A stretch of DNA of 64,000 nt, taken from positions 171,370,001 through 171,434,000 of the forward strand of contig CM059425.1 of NCBI GenBank assembly GCA_030390025.1. Direction: 5' to 3'. Numbering within the stretch: the stretch's first letter is position 1; the number at the start of each line of letters is the position of its first letter. Position numbers and translations under genes: made by a program. The notes beneath the pieces were generated by a model. It made no database searches and was not told the origin of the DNA. It was given only the letters and a program-made list of their open reading frames with translations. Origin of the DNA: Squalus acanthias (Eukaryota). Shown in pieces: positions 37,281-50,000 of the stretch.

Positions 37281-37490
37281 TGGTGTGATACTAAGCCAGA
37301 TATTCCTGGAAGGTCTTGGGTTCAATCACTGGTCTATACAGATTTCACCCTGGCCAGCTGTAGAGTGGTACAACTGGCTTCATGGGTTAAAAAAAAATAG
37401 CTAGGGTTCCCAAGCCTGATTGCCACTCAGTGAGCCCTGCTCAAAATGTTTATGCTCTGGTGTTGGGTAAGGACAAGATCAGACCGTCTA
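37280..37490 (+). mobile_element. Old tRNA-derived SINE relic (AmnSINE2-like)
   Basis: ggaaggtcttgggttcaatcactggtct..gctagggttccc..cctgattgccactcagtgagccctgct; similar to 49845-50000, 53230-53470 and 56800-56925. Family name from memory. Confidence 0.45.
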
Positions 37491-38189
37491 CACTCACAGT
37501 TTTTGCTCAAAAGTAAAGAACGCCTACTTGCGTGAGGTAGCAGAAGGCTGTGAGCGGGCATGAAACCAAATGGAAGAAAATTGGGAAAAACTGATGTAAT
37601 CTGAATATGTATTTCAAGGGAGAAATAGAGAACGTTTTCCTGCGAGAATTTTTTTTCTTATTTTTATTTAAAACAATGCATCTATTTTTCATAAAAGCTA
37701 CACAGGTGAGTATGGTAGTGTACAACTACTCCTTTACAAAGCTCATCACTTTCTACAATGTATAGTTTGAGTGAAAAGTTTGAGAAATTGGTAAATGCCA
37801 GTTTACCAAAAAAAGGCAGTTCTCAGAAGATTAGATTATTTCTTTGAGAAACAAGTATAAAAGCTGACCTTGACAAATTGATTGACTGCATGTTATAATA
37901 GCTCAGGGTCCAGTGGCAGGTCAGAAACTACTCTGAAGGCCTAAGTACTTCTCTAAAGACAAGGTGGATCAATTTTACTACGAGTAAAAATGTGTGAACT
38001 AGGTCGAAGATGTGAAAATTTTGGATTACTACCATTTAGAAGGTAGAGCTAGGTTACAGCAGCAGTGCCGGCTTTAAAGGATTATTTTTAACATCTTTTT
38101 ATAAACAGATTCTTTGCAAGCAGTATTATTGACAGGGCAGTACAACATGCTGCCTTTCACTCCTGTTAAATGGGCTTCTGGTCAGCTGT

Positions 38190-38990
38190 GGCTTGCTGGT
38201 AATGTTTTCGCCCCGAAGTCCCACGCCAGAGATTGGAGCACATAATCTAGGCTGGAACTCCACTGCAGTAATAAGAACAGAAGAACATAAGAAATAGGAG
38301 CAGGAGTAGGCCATTCGGCTCAAAGAGCCTGCTCTGCCATTGAATAAGATTATGGCTGAACTTCTACATCAACTCCACTTTCATGCCCTAGCCCCATATC
38401 CCTCCATTCCCTTAGTGCCCAAAAATCTATCTATCTCAGTCTTGAATATACTCATCGACTGAGTATTCACAGCCTCTGGTGTAGAGAATTCCAAAGATTC
38501 ACAACCCTCTGAGTGAAGAAGTTTCTCCTCATCTCAGTCGTAAATGGCCGACCCCTTATCCTGAAACTATGACTCCTAGTTCTAGACACTCCAGCCAGGG
38601 GTAACAGCCTCTCAGCATCTACTCTGTCAAGCCCTCTAAGAGGGAGTGCACACTGAAGGAGTGCTGCATTGTCAGCGGTGCTGTCTTTCAGATGAGACAT
38701 TAAATCGAGGCCCCGTCTGTCCTCTCCGGTGGATGTAAAAGATCCCAGTGCATTATTCGAAGAAGAGCAGGACAATTCCCCATGTGTCCTGGCCAACATT
38801 TATCCCTCAAACAATGCCTAAAACAGATGATCTGGTAATTTATTTGTCATCTGTTTGTGGGACCTTGCTGTGTGCAAATTAGCTGCTGCGTTTCCTACAT
38901 TACAACAGTAACTACACTTCAGAAGTACTTTATTGGATGTGAAGTGCTATGGGTGTCCTGAGGTCGTGAAAGGCGTTAAATAAATGTAAA
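38190..38990 (+). mobile_element. DeuSINE-type SINE (AmnSINE1/SacSINE1-like) interrupted by CR1
   Basis: Deu domain ggtgctgtctttcagatgagacattaaatcgaggccccgtctg..ggatgtaaaagatccca..; L2-like tail gtgaaaggcgttaaataaatgtaa. Confidence 0.8.
38272..38640 (-). mobile_element. CR1 3' fragment nested in a DeuSINE
   Basis: GLDRVDAERLLPLAGVSRTRSHSFRIRGRPF..NFFTQRVVNLWNSL plus 3' UTR; very similar to 25971-26340. Confidence 0.9.
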
Positions 38991-41209
38991 TTTTTTCTTT
39001 CTTTTACAGAGACATCAATTGTACAGCGCATCCTGCTATATTGTCATTATGTAGTAATGGTACTTTCAGTCCTATTATATACAGTTTCGGTTTATAAACT
39101 CCTTAGTCAGTAGTAGTTCAGTCTATTATGTTAGATAGTCCTTCCAATAGTACAATACTTGCATACCAATTTGGTTATATGCTCCTGAAACAACAAGTCC
39201 TGTTATATGCCTGATTGATTATGGTCCTGGTTGTCAGTAATAGTGCAACAGTCCCATCATGTGCTGCACAATTAATAATTAAATACATTTGATTCTGGAA
39301 TATATTTTATAAAATGCAACATTTTAAGTAATTCAGTCATAAATATAAAAACTGACTAGTGACTAGTGGTAGGTATTTTCCACATGCTTCAACAGAGCTG
39401 GACGTCAGAACTAGACAATGGCTGGATCACCTCTCTCCAGCTTGAAGTTTATATGATAACAAGACTTATTCTTAATTTGCCAATAACCCATTTTATTTCT
39501 TTTATACTGCACTGCATGCTCCCTGTGAAACTACTTATCCAGGAAGCTCAGTGACAGCTTAAGGAAGGCATGGGGGCCCCAGTGAGTAAATTAATTGTAG
39601 CGCAATGCCGTGGCCTCATGTTCCAATGTTCATTCCTGTAAAGGATTTACTTCCACTACTCCCAGCACATGTCTACATGAATGTGGTTTCAGACTGTCTT
39701 CCTCTCATTGAGCAGGTATGGATTTCTTCCAGTTGTCTATACAAAGTGACAGCTTATCAGTGTGGATCTGTGCAAGGGCACATCTTTTCAAACAGATACC
39801 TGAGTCTGACAGCGCGCCTCCATTTGTAAAACACTGATTATGTTTTACTAAAGCTAACTCTTCAGCACATACACATGCATGGGGGATTTTTGTAAAGTTT
39901 CTGACATTTCTTAATTTGGAATAATGTATTTCATTGTGTGAAGTTAATGAATCAGAGCTGATGTGTGGGAGAATGAAAGAGAATCATAAATTATCTTACA
40001 TCCTATTTACTGTTTGGTTGCAAAGTTTCCAGACATTTCAAAAAGAAGCCACATGATGAATGTGCAAACAAGAAAGATTCTACCAATGTAAACATCAATC
40101 GGCTTAACTTTTAATGCTTGAGCTCCATAGGTATAGGTCAGATATTTCGCTCAGTGTAATAATACTCAGACAGTACTGGACAGCAGTTGTGACAATGCAT
40201 CATACAGAAACTGCAGCTACAGGGCTGTTGGAGTTTGAACAATAGAAAAATTCTCCTTCTAAAAGTGTAAAAAACAGTTGTGGAAATCATTTGAAAAGCA
40301 AGCTGTATTAAGTGCAAAGTAAACTAACTATACACAGACATGCAAATGTAATTGCAAGCTAAAAGGATACTATTTTCAGACATTTAGTACCAACACTAAA
40401 CTGTCATTTACAGCCTTCAGGACTCAACGTTGAGTTCAACAATTTCAGATCATAATCACTGCTCCCATTTTTTGGACAGCAGATGCTGGTAATGATTCTG
40501 CTACTTATTAAATCTTTCCTGCCTTCCACCCTATCAGAGACTTTCCCTTCTGTTCTTTCCTCCTCTCCATCCCTTTCCCTGCACTTGTACTTGTACTTGC
40601 TTAAAACCTGTTACACCTGCAACGCTTTCCAGTTCTGACGAAAGGTCACAGACCTGAAACTTTGGGCTCGATTTTAATAGCCCTGAGGAGGCGGTTTTGG
40701 AGGCGGGTCAGCAGCGAAAATCAGAAAAAATGGCTTCAGACACTCAACCCGCCTCCATCCCGCCCCCACCCGATTTTTGTAAGTGTCTGTTCAGCCGCTC
40801 CCAAACTGACCCGACTGGAACTGGTGGGACAGGTGGTTAAGGCAGTTAAGAGCCTGTTAACTGCCTTGCTAATCCTATTTTTATAGTGGGTTCCCATTTT
40901 CGTGCTTCTGGCTCCTGTTTCCCGTCTTGTCAGAAACAGGCCAGCTGCAAGGAGACGAGTTGCTGGAGGACATGATTTGTAGTCATTGGTGCAGCACTTT
41001 AAAAGCGCTCCTGTAATATGGCTGACATTCAAATGCAACAACCTTGTTGTTGGAGGTTTGGGATCAGATTTTGCAAATCTACTGACCTTGACTGTTCAAG
41101 CTGACAGCCATCTGCAGTGTGACCGGATAGGAATAATTTCAGGCCACTTCGACTGTGCTCTTGCAAGTTTCTTGCCTCAAGTGAAATCTATAGCTACGGG
41201 ATGGGAAAC

Positions 41210-42091
41210 ATTTTTCTCCTCTCATCCTCGTCATCAGATTCGGAGGAAGTGCAGCCATGGCCGCACCACAACCAGCCACAACAGCAGCGCCAATCTCCTC
41301 CTCACCCACCTGATAATGCACAGGTCAGAGGGCCTCAGTGCAGGGCTGCACCTCGCCGCAGGAGATAACCCCAACACAGGGTTTACAGGCGGAGGATCAG
41401 CTCCCTCAGCATGACTGAGCAGCAGTGCCAAAGGAGGCTGAGACTTTCGAGAGACGTAGTCGCTGGCATCTGCACAATGCTGCACCAATACCTGGAGCCC
41501 AGCTGTTTTTGTCAACCGCAAGGGATTCCACTCCCTGAACGTCCAGCTGGTGTGTAACCACAGGAAGATCATCATGCATGTTTGCGCAAAGTACCTGGCA
41601 GTTGCCATGACTCCTTCATCCTGCGCCAGTCTACTGTGCCTCAGCTCTTCCATCCGCCAAACCAACTTTCCGGATGGCTTCTTGGCGACAAGGGCTATCC
41701 CCTGAAAAAGTGGCTTATGACACCGATGAGGAGGCCATCAAACAATGCTGAGGAGCAGTACAATTTGAGTCACATATCCACCAGAAGCATCATCGAGCAA
41801 ACCAATCGGCTTGCTCAAAATGAGCTTCCGATGCCTAGCCAGATCTGGAGGAGCCTTGCAGTATGCACCAGCCAGGGTGTCAAGAATTGTCGTGGTCTGT
41901 TGTGCCCTGCACAACATCGTGGCTTAGTGCTGCCGCATGAACAAGTGGCTAAGCACACAGCCTCCTCGGATGAAGAGGACGAGGACGAGGACGAGGACGG
42001 GGAACGACGCTTTGCGGGGCCAGATGCAGGAGGCAAACACATTGCTGGCAGTCAGGCAAGGGATGCACTCGTCCATGCCAGATTCACGTAA
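41210..42091 (+). pseudogene. Harbinger (HARBI1-like) DDE transposase relic
   Basis: [73 protein letters not shown] and acidic tail..[11 protein letters not shown]. Frameshifted, with an internal deletion near 41500 that removes the first catalytic-D motif region. Confidence 0.85.
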
Positions 42092-42269
42092 GCTTACACT
42101 TCAACCACAGGTGGCTGGCACATGGAGATGAATATAAGTCCGACATCCTCAAAACCCCAGGCATCATCTGTCTACTAAAGCACTCAGTGTCACCACCAAC
42201 ATTCTACATGGCATCCGCCCTGAGCCCTCACTCTTGAACTTCCATTTCCCAGAACACAGAGGCCACACT

Positions 42270-42484
42270 TTAGGTGATCTCAGCAGATCATTAAACCTTT
42301 TTCGACACAGACCTCGAGCTCACCTCCTCAGAATTTGCAGCCAAGCTGCCTTGGTTTGCTGAGGAGGCCTCCTCCTTCCGTTTCCAGGGAAGAGGAGCTC
42401 CTGACATCCTCTAACTCCCTCCACAAGAGCATGGAGGGAGCCCTCATTGAACCTGGGTGCAGCCTTAGTTTTTGGGGCTGCCAT
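42270..42484 (-). pseudogene. Harbinger Myb/SANT-like protein relic
   Basis: MAAPKTKAAPRFNEGSLHALVEGVRGCQELLFPGNGRRRPPQQTKAAWLQI..EEVSSRSV..RKRFNDLLRS; acceptor-like ttttttctcttaaag just upstream on the minus strand. Confidence 0.8.
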
Positions 42485-43074
42485 TCCTGCAGCAGCCAGC
42501 ACCTTTAAGAGAAAAAAGCATTAATTTTACAAAGCCAATGATTGGAACACATCTGGCATATTTTTCATTTCTTAGCCACATACTACATTGATAGATAAAA
42601 AATCATAACTGTCTTTCTGGAATAATATGACCAGCAATTTCATTCAATTATTTGTGTTCACAACAGCCGCTGTCAACTCCCCTTTCTAGATAATACAGCA
42701 CCAAGCCATTCCAGTTACATTTTTTGCAAAGGGGACATGGCCCCTTTAAATTTTTACTCCAAAAACGCGTCATCAGACGTGAGAAACTGACAAGCAATTG
42801 CCTGGAGGACCCGCCCATCGGCCGTAACGAGGCCAATGAAGCAAAAATCGGAATTGTGGGCCGGCGGCATCTGGGAGCGGGTCCGAAAGCTGCCGGGCAG
42901 CGGGCCCGCCCTCAACCCGCCTCCTCTATAGAAATCGAGCTCTTTAACTCTACAGATGCTGCCTGACCTGCTGAGCATTTCCAGCATTTTCTGTTTATCT
43001 TTCTGATTTCCAACATCTGCAGTATTTTGCCTTTTGTGATAATGGTAGGTCTTTTTATACAATGGCAAATATAC

Positions 43075-43740
43075 AAATTCGATCCCGCTGGAAAACGGGC
43101 GCGGGCCCCGCGATGCGAGATATGCCCGCACACGTTCAAAAAGCGCAGGCAGCACGTTAACTTTGTGCTGCCTGCTAATTACCATGATTGTAGCGCACAT
43201 TCTAGTGCTGAACATGCTGCTGACAGGCTGTACGCTCAGCAGGGGGCTGAAGTTCGCGTTGCTGCAACGAGGCTAGCTTTACTTAAAGCTAGTCTGCTTC
43301 TCTTCAAGGCAGTCTGCAGCTCTTAAAGCTGAGCTGCCTTTCAAGGATCAAAAAAATTAAAATTGCTTCAGCACTAGGCAGTCTGCCCCTCTTAATGGTG
43401 AGTTGCCTTCTGCTGATCAAAAATGTTAAAAGTGCTTCAGCACTAACACAAATGGCTCAACAGGCCGGGGAAATGGCACCCAGTGTCTCGGCTTTGTGCA
43501 GGGGGTCAAAACTGGAGGAGTGGTCCTCTACCCACAAGGGGCCAGGAGGCCCTCCAGAAAGAAGGATGTAGGACCAGATCGCCAAGGCGGTCACTGCCAG
43601 CAGTGTCGCCCCAGAACCTGGCTCCAGTGCCCAAAGAAGTTTCATGACCTCAGACCAGTGGTCAAGGTCAGTGAATGCATCTTGAAAAGCCGTCTCCTAC
43701 AAACTGCAACACTAGTCTCACATACTGCTCAATGCATGAC
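43075..43740 (+). mobile_element. Truncated Harbinger-type element of another family, with a Myb/SANT relic at ~43452-43668
   Basis: VQGVKTGGVVLYPQGARRPSRK..DQIAKAVTASSVAPRTWLQCPKKFHDLRPVVK then a gtcagt donor-like site; CpG-rich 5' part; cut by the LINE at ~43742. Confidence 0.65.
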
Positions 43741-43741
43741 C

Positions 43742-46448
43742 CCCCAGACTCCTCCATCACCATCCCTGGGTATGTCCTGTCTTACCGGCAGGACAGACCC
43801 ACCAGAGGTGGTGGCACAGTGGTAGACAGTCAGGAGGGAGTGGCCCTGGGAGTCCTCAACATTGACTCTGGACCCCATGACGTCTCATGGCTTCAGGTCA
43901 AGCATGGGCAAGGAAACCTTCTGCTGATTCCCTCAGCTGATGAATCAGTACTCCATGTTGAACACCACTTGGAAGAAGCACTGAGGGTAGCAAGGGCACA
44001 GAATGTACTCTGGGTGGGGGACTTCAATACCCATCACCAAGAGTGGCTCGGGAGCACCATTACTGACCGAGCTGGCCGAGTCCTGAAGGACATAGCTGCC
44101 AGACTAGGACTGCGGCAGGTGGTAAGAGAACCAACACGAGGGAAAAACCTACTAATCTACCTGTCGCAGATGCATCTGTCCATGACAGCATTGGTAGCAG
44201 TGACCACCGCACAGTCCTTGTGGAGACGAAATCCCATCTTAACACTGAATACACCCTCCATCGTGTTGTGTGGCACTACCACTGTGCTAAATGGGATAGA
44301 TTCAGAACAGATCTAGCAGCTCAAAACTGGGCATCCATGAGGCGCTGTGGGCCATCATCAGCAGCAGAATTGTATTCCACCACAATCTGTAACCTCATGG
44401 CCCAGCATATCCCTCACTCTACCATTACCATCAAGCCAGGTGACCAACCCTGGTTCAATGAGGAATGCAGAAGAGCATGCCAGAAGCAGCACCAGGCGTA
44501 CCTAAAAATGAGTCGCCAACCTGGGGAAGCTGCAACACAGGACTACATGCATGCTAAAAAGCAGAAGCAGCATGCTATAGACAGAGCTAAGCAATCCCAC
44601 AACCAACGGATCAGATGAAAGCTCTGCAGTCCTGCCACATCCTTTTGTGAATGGTGGTGGACAATTAAACAACTAACGGGAGGAGGAGGCTCCATGAATA
44701 TCCCCATCCTCAATGATGGCGGAGCCCAGCACGCGAGTGTAAAAGATAAGGCTGAAGCGTTTGCAAACATCTTCAGCCAGAAGTACCGAGTGGATGATCC
44801 ATATTGGCCTCCTCCTGAGGTTCCCTCCATCACAGAAGCCAGTCTTCAGCCAACTCAATTCACTCCACGTGATATCAAGAAACGGCTGAGCACACTGGAT
44901 ACAGCAAAGGCTATGGGCCCGGCTGTTGTGCTGAAGGCTTGTGCTCCAGAACTAGCCGCGCCTCTAGCCAAGCTGTTCCAGTACAGCTACAACACTGGCA
45001 TCTACCTGACAATGTGGAAAATTGCCCAGGTATGTCCTGTCCACAAAAAGCAGAACAAATCCAATCTGGCCAATTACCGCCCCATCAGTCTACTCTCAAT
45101 CATCAGCAAAATGATGGAAGGTGTCATCGACAGTGTTATCAAGTGGCACTTACTCACCAATAACCTGTTCACCGATGCTCAGTTTGGGTTCCGCCAGGAC
45201 CACTCGGCTCCAGACCTCATTGCAGCCTTAGTCCAAACATGGACTAAACAGTTGAATTCCAGAGGTGAGGTGAGAGTGACTGCCCTTGACAGCAAGGCAG
45301 CATTTGACCGAGTGTGGCATCAGGGAGTCCTAGTAAAATTGAAGTCAATGAGAATCAGGGGAAAACTCTCCAATGGCTAGAGTCATATCTGACACAAAGG
45401 AAGATGGTTGTAGTTGTTGAAGGTTAATCATCACAGCTCCAGGACATCACTGCAGGAGTTCCTCAGGGCAGTGTCCTAGGCTCAACCATCTTCAGCTGCT
45501 TCATCAATGACCTTCCCTCTATCATAAAGGTCAGAAGTGGGGATGTTTGCTGCCGATTGCACAGTGTTCAGTTCCATCGCAACTCCTCAGAAAATGAAGC
45601 AGTCCGTGCCCGAATGCAGCAAGACCTGGACGACATTCAGGCTTGGGCTGATAAGTGGCAGGTAACATTCGTGCCACACAAATGCCAGGCAATGACTATC
45701 TCCAACAAGAGAGACTCTAACCACCGCCCCTCGACATTCAACGGCATTACCATCGCTGAATCCCCCACCATCAACATCCTGGGGGTCACCATTGACCAGA
45801 AACTTAACTGAACCAGCCACATAAATACTGTGGCTACAAGAGCAGGTAAGAGGCTAGGTATTCTGCGGCGCGTGTCTCACCTCCTGACTCCCCAAAGCCT
45901 TTCCACCATCTATAAGGCACAAGTCAGGAATGTGATGGAATACTCTCCACTTGCCTGGATGAGTGCAGCTCCAACAACACTCAAGAAGCTCGACACCATC
46001 CAGGACAAAGCAGCCCGCTTGATTGGCACCCCATCCACCACCTTAAACATTCACTCCCCTCCACCACCGGTGCACCGTGGCCACAATGTGTACCATCTAC
46101 AAGATGCACTGCAGCAACTCGCCAAGGCTTCTTCAGCAGCACCTCCCAAACCCGCGACCTCTACCACCTAGAAGGATAAGGGTAGCAGGCGCAGGGCAGC
46201 ACCATTGCCTGCAAGTTCCCCTCCAAGTTACACACCATCCTGACTTGGAAATATATCGCCGTTCCTTCATCGTCGCTGGGTCAAAATCCTGGAACTCCCT
46301 TTCTAACAGCACTGTGGGAGTACCTTCACCACACGGACTGCAGCGGTTTAAGGCGGCGGCTCACCACCACCTTCTCAAGGGCAATTAGGGATGGGCAATA
46401 AATGCTGGCCTTGCCAGCGACGCCCACATCCCATGGATGAAAAAAAAA
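43742..46448 (+). mobile_element. LINE family B, near-complete ORF2 (APE + RT), fragmented
   Basis: IPGYVLSYRQDR..GGG, VGDFN (APE); NYRPISLLS, QFGFR, LDSKAAFDRVWH (RT); C-terminus ..HHLLKGN*; A-tail at 46440-46448; multiple stops and frameshifts. Confidence 0.92.
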
Positions 46449-48023
46449 GAGATTTACATTCAGCAAACTGCTTTCTGTGAACTAAACCACAAGCTCTACT
46501 TGGCCAGAAACAAGAACCTTATGAATAAACTGGAACACACACCAGCGCGGTCAAAAATTAGTTCCTTTTTTTTGTATAAAAAGGAACGTTTTTGATTTCG
46601 TCATACTCTTGTCTAAATAGCATTGTGAACATCTCAAGTAGAGAGTGCGTAGAAAAGTAAATTTAATCTTATAGTTCATTTCTCCAGCTTTGATTGACTG
46701 GGTCTGCCAATGCAGCACAGAATAGCTGGATTTCACAAGATGATCACATTAAAATGCGTAGGTAATACTTACCTTTATTGTTTTTACATCCAAATATTGG
46801 CATCCTAACTAGAACAAGATAATGCAGTTTGCATATTGGCAACCTCTTGACCCTGCAGTAATTACATGTCGATTCAGTTTTACCTGACTTTCTGCATCCT
46901 AATGTTCTGTGATGCTGTGGCTTTGTTCTACACTAACAGGATATTCAGCAGCAGTGCCACATTTAATTTATGCTTGCAGTAGGAGGTCATTTTCAAGCAG
47001 CATTGTATGCTTTGCAATTACAGTAAAAAGAAAACCAGTGGTTGGTTGAAATGCTTCCCACAATGTATTTCTCCATGGCTTGCTACTAAAGAAAGAGATT
47101 ATTTATTTGGACTAAATGAACCCAACAGCACAGGATGTAAAAAGTATCATGGAATTGCCAACTGAATGAGAAAAACTGACATGTAACAACACAGGACTTT
47201 AATATAGAGCGAGAAGCATCAAAGCTACTCATGAATCTGCCTTTTTTTCCACTTTCTATTTGTTGCCTTTTTACCTCATGAGGTGTCAGAATTGAATTAT
47301 TGAAAAAATCAACCATTGCTGAGCAGAATAAAAATATTCAACCAAGACAGAATAAATCAGGCGGTACTGCTTTGTTAGCCAGCTCAGCTGCAAAATGGAA
47401 ACATTTAAATCAATCACCGACTGACATATACACCATGTGGTCAAAGGTGTGCGAGTCTAAAGAATTTAAACCTGTTTAAATGCCCACCGTCTGAGACACT
47501 ACATTCACACTACAAGCTCACCATCAGTGCCAAACAGTTTTAGCCGCGCACTGATGATAAACTTGTGGAGTGTAAATCACGTGTTAAGGCCCAAACTGAC
47601 TGCAGCGAAGTGGAATGAGATTAATTGCACCCGGCCCTGATTTAGGATTCAGGCTGCATTTACATTACAGCTGCAGCTTCAGTGTGAGGTGAAACTCCTT
47701 TGCACCAATGCTACAGTGCAGTGTGATTGTGTTCAGAGAGAGAGAAAGAAAGAGTTAGAGAGAACTCACCCATCCCCATACAAATCAGAACAATTATTCC
47801 TATGTAGAAGTCACCTGCTTTACTTAGCTGTAACTCAGGATTTTAACAGCAATCGCAATAACCCAACCAAAATTAAGGTAATCTCAAAATAGCTATTTTT
47901 TTTTTTATGTACACAAGAATCTTATTAAATAAAAGATTATTTGTTTTAATGCTTTTTAGTTCTTTGAATTTCTTCAATTCAAATCATCGATCCAAAAAGA
48001 AAAAAACATTTTCATAAAGTATT

Positions 48024-48779
48024 GGCCCAGAATTTGCGATCGGGATGACGGCGAACTGGCAGCGTTCGGCGTCATTCCGCCTTTGAAACCGATCGCAACT
48101 TCAGGATTTGGCGCAGGCAGAAATCCCAAAGTTGCAATCTGTCAATGACAGCTCCGAGACTGGCTGCGCTGTGTCCTCCCCACAGAGCCGGCAATCTGTC
48201 TAATCACCCAAATCATTGAAACTGCCGAAAACTTCGGCTTTTCCGCAGTAAGTGCGCTGTCAAATTCCCCACTAAAAGTTAGACCGAAAGGGATTCGGTG
48301 TAATTGGGGTTTTAACAGCATATTGACTGCGAAACAAATGTTAAGGGCCTGGAAAACTAATTTAAATTTTGTGCAGTGTGAAATTTTTCCATTTTAACAA
48401 AAAATTAAAATTAAAAAACTTCTTTTTTTTCCAATTTTTATAAAAAAGTTTGTCCATCTTTATTTCAGGTTTGCCTTTTTCGCATATGGGAACCCCAATC
48501 TTTCTCTTTTTTTCTCTATTTTAAAAAGTTCGAATTTTAAGGGCTTACTCACTTCCTTGTTCGCTGTCTGAGAATTCTGCCTTTTGATTAGCTGCTTAGA
48601 CAGTCTGTTGACGTCACAGCAGTTTGAACAAGAGGATCCCCATTAAGTTCCGGTGAATTGAATTGCAGGTCGGAAAACCCAAAGTTCTCGATACAGGGAT
48701 TGCGAGATCCTCGTGCGGAGCGTACTTTGGGGCCAGCAGCAAACGCTTTCGCTTCACTACTGACTGCAAATTCCGGGCC
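48024..48779. mobile_element. Harbinger-type MITE (756 bp)
   Basis: 14-bp TIRs ggcccagaatttgc and gcaaattccgggcc (1 mismatch); TSD ATT (48021-48023, 48780-48782); CpG-rich ends and AT-rich core. Confidence 0.85.
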
Positions 48780-49844
48780 ATTGTATTTACATTTTATACA
48801 GTGAAATATTGCTTTAATAAAGTGTTGAGTACTGTATTGTCTATATGTAGAAGTAAACCAGTCCCTCTCCCCGAGGCACAAGATTTTTGGTACTTTCCCA
48901 CCAACTGACAGCACCACAAACTCAGAAAAACTCAATTACACTACACAAGTGTACAGTACATGGTGGGTCAGGGAATATCAGCAAACCTCCAAAGGTAGTT
49001 GTTTCTGGAATATTATGAATGCCTCTTGGGTTAAGACATTATACATGTACATTCAAGCAATGGTATCTATTTTTTTTAAATACTCTTGAATAGAAGGTCA
49101 GAATGAGGAAAGGCCACCTGTCTTGCCACCTAATAATCAAACAGTTAACTCAATGTCAGTGAAAACCAATTATGGTTACCTGATCCTAGTTCTAACTCAT
49201 TCCATGGTGCCGAGTGGAGATCATGGGCTTTCCTAAAGGGAGGGAGGCAAAGTTATCCCAAGGCTGCTCGTCTGCACCTCATAGTGTTGGTGGAGACCTG
49301 AGTTTGGATTAGAACCAGCATCAGTTGTGTGATGCAGGGTGATCATGAAATTTAGAACAAACAGAGAGGGGCTTACCCTCAAATTGAAAAAAAACGATTC
49401 CAAACTAGAGTCGTTGGAGACTGTAAGGACTAATCTGCAATTTCAAATCCTTATAGGCACTGCATGACTGTGCCTGTACACATAGTCTTAAAGAAACACT
49501 TGTCACATTATATGTGTACGTTTGAGCAATAGTGTCACCTTCAATAAAAAAATGTTGAATGAGGAACTTGGCACTTAAAATGTTTTAAAGTGAACGATAT
49601 TTGTTGAAGATGGAACTGAACTTACTTTTTCAGACGTTCTTGTGGCTTTTTTCATGTCTCAACTATAACAGAAACCTTTACCATATGAACCTTGAAGAGA
49701 ACTAGTCTGAATCTCTCCTGTCCAACAATATGTCAGGTATTCATAGACACACCACAGGTTAAAAAAAATAAGGCTACTGAACCAAAGCAGAAAATGAAGA
49801 TGGTTATTCATAAAAATAATCAACAGCTCCTTCAATGCCATTGT

Positions 49845-50000
49845 GGGTACTGAGTACTGCCCATAAAGTCCAGGAAGAATCCAGGGTCGATCCCTGGTCT
49901 GTGCTGAATTAGGCAATCTCAGCCAGATGCTGCAAATAGTTTCTGTGCCCTTCGGCTAGGCAAGGGCAAAATCAGCCTGGGTTCCAGCTCCTGATTCAGA
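49845..50000 (+). mobile_element. Old tRNA-derived SINE relic (AmnSINE2-like)
   Basis: ccaggaagaatccagggtcgatccctggtctgtgctgaattagg..ctcagcc..ggctagg..aaaatcagcctgggttccagctcctgat. Confidence 0.55.

Larger units (their letters stand above)
40664..42942. mobile_element. PIF/Harbinger transposon with convergent transposase and Myb/SANT genes (defective)
   Basis: TIRs gggctcgatttt and gaaatcgagctc; TSD TTT (40661-40663, 42943-42945); two-gene architecture. Confidence 0.9.
40408..43035 (+). mobile_element. Penelope-like element 3' end (family P1), split by a Harbinger insertion (parts 40408-40663 and 42943-43035)
   Basis: ttacagccttcaggactcaacgttgagttcaacaatttcagatcataa = LQPSGLNVEFNNFRS*, like the end of a Penelope GIY-YIG domain; then a pyrimidine-rich UTR and hammerhead core ctgacga..aggtc aca gacct gaaac (40635-40660). 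Confidence 0.75.

Noticed and set aside
41582..42091. Host HARBI1 gene
   Set aside because: It is enclosed by TIRs and a TSD, frameshifted and internally deleted.
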